Below are positions 8,169 to 15,221 of a stretch of 24,000 nt of DNA, piece after piece (the first letter of the stretch is position 1; the number at the start of each line of letters is the position of its first letter). The translations under genes and the position numbers were made by a program. Location: positions 17,174 to 41,173 of the forward strand of contig JABXKD010000028.1 in the NCBI GenBank assembly GCA_013375475.1, in the 5' to 3' direction. A model generated the notes under the pieces. That model had not been told where the DNA came from. It searched no databases and saw only the letters and a list, made by a program, of their open reading frames with translations. The stretch is from Promethearchaeota archaeon (lineage in GTDB: Archaea > Asgardarchaeota > Lokiarchaeia > Sigyniarchaeales > SOKP01).

Positions 8169-9074
8169 ATGATAGAAAGGTATTTTCAATTCTTAGGGGA
8201 AAACCAAACCAAACAATTACTAGATGCAAACGAAAAATCATTAACACCTTCTATTAGAGTCAATACGATTAAAATAGAAAAAGAAATTTTAAAAGATAGA
8301 CTAGAAAGCAAAGGATTTAAATTAGAACCAATTGATTGGATACCTTACGGATTTAAAATTAGGAACCCTCCTTTCAATTTGGGATCAACTCACGAATATC
8401 TCCAAGGATATTATTATTTACAGAGTATTGCTCCAATGTTACCTGCTTTAATCCTCAACCCAATCCCAGGTGATATTGTGATTGACATGTGTGCAGCTCC
8501 GGGTGGAAAGGCAACACACTTAGCTCAGATATTGAATAATGAAGGGAATTTAATCTTAATTGAAAGAAATCAAAAAAGAATAGCCGCATTAGAAACTAAT
8601 CTCTTAAGAATGGGGATTATTAATTCAATTATTATAAACGATGACGCTGTAAATTTACCAAAAATTAAAATCAAAGCAGATAAAATATTATTAGACGCAC
8701 CTTGTACTGGCGAAGGACTAATCAGACAAGATCCTTCTAGAAAAAAGAGTAAGCAAATGAAAGATATTAATAAAATGAGTATTATTCAAAAAAATTTGCT
8801 TGAATCTGGTTTGAATTCTTTAAAACCTGGTGGAAACTTATTATATAGCACTTGTTCGATCGCTCCTGAAGAGAACGAAATTGTAATAAATGAAGTTCTT
8901 AACTCATTATCCGGCTATGAAATTGGTCAGCTTCAACACACTTACGGTGAAAATGGGCTTACGGAAGTATACGGCAAATCGCTTAGGGAAGATTTAAAAT
9001 ATTCTCAGAGACTCTATCCTCATCTTCACGATACGATTGGTTTTTATATCTGTATGATTAAGAAGCTTCAATAG
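8169..9074 (+). CDS. NOL1/NOP2/Sun (NSUN, RsmB-like) RNA 5-methylcytosine methyltransferase
   Basis: IRVNTIK, the SAM motif DMCAAPGGKATHLAQ, the catalytic motif IV LLDAPCTGEGLIRQDP and motif VI LLYSTCSIAPEENE. The reading frame is open upstream to 8103 with family-like sequence (see finding). Confidence 0.9.
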   Translation: MIERYFQFLGENQTKQLLDANEKSLTPSIRVNTIKIEKEILKDRLESKGFKLEPIDWIPYGFKIRNPPFNLGSTHEYLQGYYYLQSIAPMLPALILNPIPGDIVIDMCAAPGGKATHLAQILNNEGNLILIERNQKRIAALETNLLRMGIINSIIINDDAVNLPKIKIKADKILLDAPCTGEGLIRQDPSRKKSKQMKDINKMSIIQKNLLESGLNSLKPGGNLLYSTCSIAPEENEIVINEVLNSLSGYEIGQLQHTYGENGLTEVYGKSLREDLKYSQRLYPHLHDTIGFYICMIKKLQ

Positions 9075-9120
9075 TATAAACTTTAATGTGTAGCGTACCA
9101 AAGCTAGATTAAGTTTTACT

Positions 9121-9702
9121 TCATTGTTTCTTTCTTAAATATTGCCCTTTATCGCTAATATTTATAGCAAATACATCGTTAGGCTTAATATTTAAAATTG
9201 TTTCATTATTGACTTGTGAAATACCTAATCCAACGATCTCATCAATTCTATTCAAGATCAATAAGAAATCTTTTTCTTTTAGATTATTTGGGCTTTTTCT
9301 GACCATCTTCTTTAGGACATTATTTCCATAAAGAAATGCTTTCTCTCCACCTTTAGTAAGATGAAGCTGTTTAAAATCGGTAAAGATGCCATTTTTACAT
9401 AAATACTCCACGCCCTCTATGCTAAAATAAAAGATTCCCTTTTTCAGGAAACCAAAATATAAACCCGCAGAGTAAATTAGATTTATAATAATAGTCTCAT
9501 TAAGTAATTTCTGTTGTTGATCTGTAATTAAGTAAATGGAAGGATAGTCTTTTTGGGTAGTTGAATTATTGATTAAGATATAGAGCAAATTCTTCATGTT
9601 CTCTAAAGTATGTGATAATTCAGGAGATATATTATTAAAAGTAGTGGCAATTATTGATGTTTCAATAGAATTAATCTGTCTAAAAATTCGTGTATTTGTC
9701 AT
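9121..9702 (-). CDS. NIP7-like ribosome-biogenesis protein with C-terminal PUA domain
   Basis: The C-terminal half, GEKAFLYGNNVLKKMVRKSPNNLKEKDFLLILNRIDEIVGLGISQVNNE...VFAINISDKGQYLRKK, follows the yeast Nip7 pattern recalled from memory: PFLYGNHVLKAHV...GVIVFAMNDVPLGFGVS...ADIGEYLRDE. Confidence 0.75.
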   Translation of the reverse strand: MTNTRIFRQINSIETSIIATTFNNISPELSHTLENMKNLLYILINNSTTQKDYPSIYLITDQQQKLLNETIIINLIYSAGLYFGFLKKGIFYFSIEGVEYLCKNGIFTDFKQLHLTKGGEKAFLYGNNVLKKMVRKSPNNLKEKDFLLILNRIDEIVGLGISQVNNETILNIKPNDVFAINISDKGQYLRKKQ

Positions 9703-9781
9703 TATTCGTTAAAATAAAAAGAGTTAAGAAGATTTATTATTATTAATCAATAAAGTTATTAAAAAATAGTGTTATCGAAAA

Positions 9782-10498
9782 ATGGGTATTCGGAAAATTG
9801 AAGATGAAATTGATCTAAGAGAAGCCATGAAGAAGAAGGCAGCGGAGCTAAAAATTAAAGATATAGAAGCAAAAGCATCAACAGAAAACTTCACAAAAGA
9901 AAGGCTTACAGATTTAGCAAAGAACCACGGAGTTATTTTAGCTTTAACTCCAGAATTGAAGGAAGAAGTTAAAGCTTTACAGAAGAAGTTTAATATTCCC
10001 TCATCCAAAATAATTACAGAGCAAATCACAGAAAACGATGTCTTAAAGAAATTTTCAAAAATTGACATTGAAAGTTTAGGTATGCTAGCTTACCAGAGAA
10101 TCTTGTTGCAAAAAGAAGAAATTGGAGTTGGACTATTACCTATTTCTAAAGTTTATGATCTCGTTAACACAGGTATTTTAAAAGGAATATTAGAGTTAAA
10201 AGATCTACACAAGGCTTTGAAGATGCTTAATAAAAATCATGTGATAGACGATTTACAGGAATTAGACTCTGGCATCGTTATGGTTAGATTCTTTCCAGTT
10301 CAATACACAGGCGATCAAGTAAAGGTTGTCGGAGTTGCCAGAGAAAAAGGCTTTATTTCTGTTGAAGATGTATGCATCGCGTTAAACTGGTCTCAAGATC
10401 GCGCATTAGAGACTTTAAAATCACTAGAAAAAACTGGAGTAGCAAAGTTAAGAGAATCTCTCTTAAAGGGGAAGCAATGGTATTTCCCTTCTTTATAA
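9782..10498 (+). CDS. ESCRT-II subunit, EAP30-family (Vps22/Vps36-like), tandem winged-helix
   Basis: C-terminal 130 aa, GLLPISKVYDLV...DLHKALKMLNK...GIVMVRFFPVQYTGDQVKVVGVAREKGFISVEDVCIALNWSQDRALETLKSLEKTGVAKL...KQWYFPSL, parallels human SNF8/EAP30 recalled from memory: GLITLEELHQQV...DLIRAIKKLKALG...NGYVTVSEIKASLKWETERARQVLEHLLKEGLAWLD...HYWLPAL. Confidence 0.85.
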   Translation: MGIRKIEDEIDLREAMKKKAAELKIKDIEAKASTENFTKERLTDLAKNHGVILALTPELKEEVKALQKKFNIPSSKIITEQITENDVLKKFSKIDIESLGMLAYQRILLQKEEIGVGLLPISKVYDLVNTGILKGILELKDLHKALKMLNKNHVIDDLQELDSGIVMVRFFPVQYTGDQVKVVGVAREKGFISVEDVCIALNWSQDRALETLKSLEKTGVAKLRESLLKGKQWYFPSL

Positions 10499-10503
10499 TT
10501 GAA

Positions 10504-11403
10504 TTACTCAATTTTGATCTTAAAAGATATTTGCCCATCATCTAATTCAATAATCTTCCCCCTCTTTTCTTTTTCTAACATTTTAAAAATTTTGACAATA
10601 TCTTCACTGGGAAGTTTACTAAATTCTTTGTTGGATTCTCTTATTTCGAATACTAAAATTGGTTCTAATGGAGAAATTTCCATGGCCCATTCGTAGATTT
10701 CTTCCGCCCAGTTATCTAAGCTTTTCCAATATACTCTCAATTTCTCTTTACTTTTAGAAAGCCATTCAGCTTGTTCCTTATTGACTAATTCTTCTGCAAT
10801 TTCTTCCAAAGCTTTTTTGCGGTCTTCAAAGTTGGAGAAAGGTTTCTCAGATTCTGTCTTCCTAAGATATAGTATATGAAGAATTGCATAACGGGCGTAA
10901 TCAAAAAGAACTTTCGACCATTCTTGTTTCCAAGACTCGTAATCTTTCAAGTCCGTTTTTTTATTTGGAAGAGAATACATGAAGATATACCTTTTTTCTT
11001 CAAGCCACGGGTAATCGTTGAGTATCATTTCATAAGTTGAAACTTCTTTAGTTACTGCTCCTCTTTCCTTTACAATTTCTAATTCAAGTTCTCGTAGTTC
11101 TTTTTCTATTTGAGCAGCGTTTTGTTCGTAGGCTTTGTGATCGATCTCTCCCATTTTTGATGTTAGGAAATCTTCGATCTTATTAAGGCGAGCTTCAATT
11201 TCTTCACTTGGAAGCCCTTCAGTGCTAGTTTCTGGCACCAATTCTTCCGATTTTGTTTCAATCTCTTTTAATTCCCTATATCTCTTAAGTTCTTTTAAAC
11301 GAGCTAATTCTTTCCTTAATCCATCTAATTCTCTTTCTGGTTTTTCTTTAACTTCCTTAACTTCTTTAACAGCTTCGTCGGGTTTCTCTTTTTGGCGTTC
11401 CAT
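10504..11403 (-). CDS. ESCRT-II subunit Vps25 homologue with long N-terminal charged coiled-coil extension
   Basis: The C-terminal ~170 aa align by eye with human VPS25: AEWLSKSKEKLRVYWKSLDNWAEEIYEWA versus LEWLDKSKSSFLIMWRRPEEWGKLIYQWV, and the tail RGKIIELDDGQISFKIKIE versus KAEIITVSDGRGVKFF. The N-terminal ~125 aa are E/K/R/L-rich heptad-like sequence. The gene starts 21 nt downstream of Vps4 on the same strand, so an operon is likely. Confidence 0.85.
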   Translation of the reverse strand: MERQKEKPDEAVKEVKEVKEKPERELDGLRKELARLKELKRYRELKEIETKSEELVPETSTEGLPSEEIEARLNKIEDFLTSKMGEIDHKAYEQNAAQIEKELRELELEIVKERGAVTKEVSTYEMILNDYPWLEEKRYIFMYSLPNKKTDLKDYESWKQEWSKVLFDYARYAILHILYLRKTESEKPFSNFEDRKKALEEIAEELVNKEQAEWLSKSKEKLRVYWKSLDNWAEEIYEWAMEISPLEPILVFEIRESNKEFSKLPSEDIVKIFKMLEKEKRGKIIELDDGQISFKIKIE

Positions 11404-11424
11404 ATCCTACATCCTTGGTTGTTT

Positions 11425-12642
11425 TTAATACTCTCCGAATTCTCTTGCCCATTGTTCGTATTGATCTAGTGCCGAATCAGTAGTCATGGGTTTTACTTTC
11501 TTCAAAGTCTTCGTAAAATCTTGTAAATTAATATCCCTTACAATAACTTCTTGATCAGAGTTTTCCAGAAGCCCTGCCATATCTAATTCCCTTATGGGGA
11601 TCATTATGACTTCTCGACACACATTAGAGATATCTCTTCCAGAATATCCTTCCGCTCTAACTCCTAATTCTATAAAATCTTCCTCAGTTAGCGCCATATT
11701 AATACCTGCGGTGTGGATTTTAAAAATTCCAACTCTAGCCGTTAAATCTGGAAGTGGAACATACACTTTTTTCTCAAACCTGCTAAGCATAGCTGTATCA
11801 ATATCCCAGGGTCGATTGGTTGCCCCTAATACTAACAAAGGTTTCTTAGAACCCGATTTAATTCCTTGAATTTCGCTTAAGAGTTGAGTTTTTACCCTTC
11901 TTTCACCTCCACCTTCGTGGCCTTCACCTCTTTTAGTCGCTACTGAATCGATCTCGTCCATGAAAATTAAACTTGGTGCTTTTATTTTAGCAACCTTGAA
12001 TAGAGAACTAATTAACTTCTCACTTTCTCCTAACCATTTACTTAATAAATCTGCTGAGGAGACGCTAAAAAATGTAGCTTGACATTCAGTAGCAGCAGCT
12101 CTGGCAAGCAGAGTTTTCCCACATCCAGGAGGTCCAAATAACAATATGCCTGACCACGGTTTTCTTGCTCCCGTAAATAAATTAGGTTTCATTATAGGCA
12201 AAACTATTGCTTCTCTTAAAGCTTGTTTACTTCCTTCCAAACCCGCGATATCGGTCCATTTTACATCAGGAGATTCAGTTAATATCGTTCCTGATATTGA
12301 GTCAATTATTTCTTGTTCTTCAGCGGAATATTCTCCCTCTTCTGCTTTTGGTTCGCCTTCTTTAGGCTCACTTGGTCTACTAGAAGGTCTTCCTCTCCTA
12401 ACCTTGGGACCGCTTAAATGGACTTTAAGTACGTTAGCACGCTCTAGGTATTGCTCTATTTGATCGTGACATTTTCTTACCATTATCGGATTTTTATTAT
12501 ATTTTACGAATTGTATTAAAATCTCTGCAGCTCTTTGATATTTATTTAGAGCTTGTCTATAATGCCCCTTTTCATCCAATTCTACAGCTGCTTGCGCTTC
12601 TTGAACGGCATATAGGTAAAGCTTACTATCAACACTACTCAA
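11425..12642 (-). CDS. vps4: Vps4 (MIT domain + AAA+ ATPase), ESCRT-III disassembly ATPase
   Basis: N-terminal MIT-like three-helix region (AVQEAQAAVELDEKGHYRQALNKYQRAAEILIQFVKY). VKWTDIAGLEGSKQALREAIVLPIMKPNLFTGARKPWSGILLFGPPGCGKT (Walker A). LIFMDEIDS (Walker B). GATNRPWDID (sensor 1 region). C-terminal helix QYEQWAREFGEY resembles eukaryotic Vps4 (EQFTRDFGQEG). TTG start. Confidence 0.95.
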   Translation of the reverse strand: MSSVDSKLYLYAVQEAQAAVELDEKGHYRQALNKYQRAAEILIQFVKYNKNPIMVRKCHDQIEQYLERANVLKVHLSGPKVRRGRPSSRPSEPKEGEPKAEEGEYSAEEQEIIDSISGTILTESPDVKWTDIAGLEGSKQALREAIVLPIMKPNLFTGARKPWSGILLFGPPGCGKTLLARAAATECQATFFSVSSADLLSKWLGESEKLISSLFKVAKIKAPSLIFMDEIDSVATKRGEGHEGGGERRVKTQLLSEIQGIKSGSKKPLLVLGATNRPWDIDTAMLSRFEKKVYVPLPDLTARVGIFKIHTAGINMALTEEDFIELGVRAEGYSGRDISNVCREVIMIPIRELDMAGLLENSDQEVIVRDINLQDFTKTLKKVKPMTTDSALDQYEQWAREFGEY

Positions 12643-12862
12643 CAGTGATAACCTTTTAAAAGTAATTATTTATCTTATTTATCTTAAAATATTCTTAATA
12701 TTTATAGGTAAGCTAGTTCATTGTTTAATTTATTAATTAATTCTTCCATGAATATCAAATTTCCTTTTTAAAAAAGTATGTAAAAATTGGTCTACAACAA
12801 AGAATTATATAATCTTGATTTTTCTTATATTATATAAAATAAATAATAATTGATGAAATAAG
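12643..12862. promoter_or_regulatory. divergent intergenic promoter region between vps4 (minus) and the ESCRT-III gene (plus)
   Basis: 220-bp ORF-free, extremely AT-rich spacer between two divergently oriented genes. TATA-like runs lie upstream of each start: ATTATATAA and TTATATTATATAAAA on the plus side, and the minus-strand AAGATAAATAAGATAAATAAT about 24-45 nt upstream of the vps4 TTG. Individual elements cannot be separated from AT-rich background by eye. Confidence 0.35.
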
Positions 12863-13489
12863 ATGGGTTTTCTCAAGGATATGAGTAACTGGCTCTCAGG
12901 AGGCAAGAAAAAAGATACTGTTCGTTCAGCAACAGTTAAGCTTAAGGTTTTTAATAAAAGGCTTATGAGAAACACAAAGAGAATGGAGATGACTGCTAAA
13001 CAAGCAAGAGATAAAGCTGTACGACTTAGGAAGGCTGGTGATATGGATGGATCCGAATTTCATGCACGCAATTATCTTCAAGTTAAAAAACAAGCTAGAG
13101 CAATTGACCACTTTAGAACGAATTTAGAAGGTATGGTGTTTAAATTAGAGCAAGCTAACGCAGTTAAAGATATAGCCGATATTATGAAAGGCATTGCCAT
13201 GAGCTTAGGAATGTTAAAAACTCAATTCTCTGTACCTGAACTTACAGAATTAATGACAGAAATCGGTATTGATATGGAGGATTTCGAAGTAACTCAAGAG
13301 ATCACATCAGATGGAATAGACACTATGACTTTGGATACTGCTGTCACTGACAATCAAGTTAAAGAGATATTAGGTGAGATCGACGCAGAAATACAAGTTG
13401 AAGTAGGTGGAGCTTTACCCTCTATAGATCCGGATGGAAAAGTAAAAGAATTGGAAGATGAATTAAATAAACTGAAGTCGAGAGATTAG
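12863..13489 (+). CDS. ESCRT-III protein, Snf7 family (Vps2/24/46- i.e. CHMP1-3-like)
   Basis: 208 aa with a basic N-terminal half and an acidic C-terminal half. ARNYLQVKKQARAIDHFRTNLEGMVFKLEQA resembles yeast Vps2 AKDLVRTRNYIQKF...QLQAISLRIQ. VKEILGEIDAEIQ resembles VNKVLDEIGVDL. The C-terminal VKELEDELNKLKSRD resembles the MIM1 helix (DDLQARLNTLKK). Confidence 0.9.
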   Translation: MGFLKDMSNWLSGGKKKDTVRSATVKLKVFNKRLMRNTKRMEMTAKQARDKAVRLRKAGDMDGSEFHARNYLQVKKQARAIDHFRTNLEGMVFKLEQANAVKDIADIMKGIAMSLGMLKTQFSVPELTELMTEIGIDMEDFEVTQEITSDGIDTMTLDTAVTDNQVKEILGEIDAEIQVEVGGALPSIDPDGKVKELEDELNKLKSRD

Positions 13490-13596
13490 GTTTCCTTTTG
13501 TTTTTAAGTTTCTCTTACTCCTTATCAAGCAAAATTATTTAAGTTTAAATACTATTTTTATAATATTCTTAACCTTAAGTTTTAAAAGTGTCACAT

Positions 13597-14604
13597 ATGA
13601 ATCCAGAAGTAATTGCGATTGGAAGTTGCACGCTCGATTGTATGCTACAAGTTAAAGATATCCTTAGATTTGAATTATTGGATAAGGAACAGATAAAAAA
13701 ATATACAGCAATAGAATACAGCCGCAAATTGAATGTAGAGAGAGTTTTATTTGTACCTGGTGGTTCTGCTGCTAATATTGCATCAAATTGTGCGATGCTA
13801 GATTTAAAAAGTGCATATATTGGAATAATAGGTAAAGATTTCTCAGCAAGTATTTGTTTAGACGATATGAAAAAGAGGGGCGTCGATCTTTCAAATGTCA
13901 TTCAGACCGAAGAAGATAGTACAGCTTTTTCGGTGATTTTAAAAACGGAATGGGGAAAAGACAGAAGTATTTTGGCGTACAAGGGAGCAAATAACTTGCT
14001 TAAACCTGAGCATGTTAAAGAAAAATTTTTTCAAGATATTAAAGCATTTGCTTGGACTTCTTTAACTACTGATAGTGGTTGTAGAGCGATAGAAAAAGCT
14101 CTAAATTTCACGTTAGAAAACAAAGGAAAAGTGTTCGCAGCTCCAAGTATGTCGATCATTAAAAATAGTCCAAATTGGGCTAAAACGTTAATCTCAAACT
14201 CAGATGTTGTGTCATTAAACAAAGAAGAAGCCCGAGAATTTACTGAAGAGACAGATACAGTTCCAATGATTCATAAATTTTTAGATATGGGCGTAAAATT
14301 AATATCAATTACTGATGGACCGAACGGTTCCATAATATCAGATGGTCAAACCATAGTTAATAGTTCAATTTACGAAGGACCCGTTGAAGACACTACCGGC
14401 GCAGGAGATGCATTTCTTAGCGGTCTTTTAATCTCCCAATTAAATGGATTCAGTCTAGAAAAATCTTCCAAGATGGCTACAGCTATGTCTTACTTAGAAA
14501 GTAAAGAAATTGGAGTAAGGGAGGGGTTACCTAACAGTTTAAAAGAATTAGAAGACTTTATCACTAGTAACTCCATAAAGCAAATAATCTCTAAAATTGT
14601 TTAA
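13597..14604 (+). CDS. PfkB-family carbohydrate/nucleoside kinase (ribokinase-like)
   Basis: PGGSAANIA near the N-terminus and the DTTGAGDAFLSG catalytic-anion-hole motif near the C-terminus. ATG at 13597 (MNPEVIAIGS) preferred over the GTG at 13588. Confidence 0.85.
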   Translation: MNPEVIAIGSCTLDCMLQVKDILRFELLDKEQIKKYTAIEYSRKLNVERVLFVPGGSAANIASNCAMLDLKSAYIGIIGKDFSASICLDDMKKRGVDLSNVIQTEEDSTAFSVILKTEWGKDRSILAYKGANNLLKPEHVKEKFFQDIKAFAWTSLTTDSGCRAIEKALNFTLENKGKVFAAPSMSIIKNSPNWAKTLISNSDVVSLNKEEAREFTEETDTVPMIHKFLDMGVKLISITDGPNGSIISDGQTIVNSSIYEGPVEDTTGAGDAFLSGLLISQLNGFSLEKSSKMATAMSYLESKEIGVREGLPNSLKELEDFITSNSIKQIISKIV

Positions 14605-14683
14605 GCACAATTCGAGAGCTGTTAGTAATATTTTAAAATTTAAGTATTCTAAACCAATTTTATACTTGACAGGCTAAGATTTT

Positions 14684-14911
14684 ATGAGTTTGTTTATTCC
14701 ACAGCTTGCAAATGATCTTTCTATACCCGTATTTGTTATGTTATTGATTGTATTTGTACCTTTTCCTTTGATAATCATTTTCCCATTAATCCCGGCATTA
14801 CTTATCTCAGATCGCTTAAAAGAACATAGAGTGAAATTCATAAGAAATATAGCAGGAAAATTAGGTATAACTTCTAAGGCGGAAGTGAACTTCGAATTAA
14901 AAATTAAATAA
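14684..14911 (+). CDS. hypothetical small membrane protein (75 aa)
   Basis: One long hydrophobic stretch (IPVFVMLLIVFVPFPLIIIFPLIPALLI) followed by a basic tail. No family recognised. Confidence 0.35.
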   Translation: MSLFIPQLANDLSIPVFVMLLIVFVPFPLIIIFPLIPALLISDRLKEHRVKFIRNIAGKLGITSKAEVNFELKIK

Positions 14912-15010
14912 AATTCGAAAATTTTTTTACATCTAGATTGCTATACAAAATAATTAATTTTTAATTTCTAAATATACTTAAATATTATAAAATTAGACTC
15001 TTATAGAGCT

Positions 15011-15142
15011 GCGCTGCTAGTATAGGTCGGTTGATTCTTATTCCGCCGAGTATAATGGTCAGTATGCCAGGTTGCCAAGAGAGTTTTACCCATAAACTCT
15101 CGCAATGACTTGGCGACCCGGGTTCAATTCCCGGGCGGCGCA
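15011..15142 (+). tRNA. tRNA-Gly (anticodon GCC) interrupted by two 30-nt introns; no encoded CCA
   Basis: Acceptor GCGCUGC/GCGGCGC (one U-G pair) with discriminator A. T-arm CCGGG-UUCAAUU-CCCGG. Anticodon stem CCAGG/CUUGG with loop UUGCCA...A, anticodon GCC at 15074-15076. The 132-nt span minus a 72-nt mature tRNA leaves 60 nt. Intron 2 (15078-15107) sits at 37/38 in a textbook bulge-helix-bulge. Intron 1 (best model 15026-15055) sits in the D-loop. T6 follows immediately at 15143-15148. Confidence 0.85.
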
Positions 15143-15221
15143 TTTTTTCATTATTTCTAAAACTCTTATGAAAAAATTATAATCATCAAATGAAATATAC
15201 GAGAAGATAAGGTAATACTAA

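Noticed and set aside
12665-12688. Tandem 9-bp direct repeat TTATTTATC-TTATTTATC-TTA upstream of the vps4 start.
   Set aside because: Only two copies, made of low-complexity AT sequence in a promoter spacer. It is more likely a TATA-box/BRE-like region or chance than a distinct repeat element or binding array.
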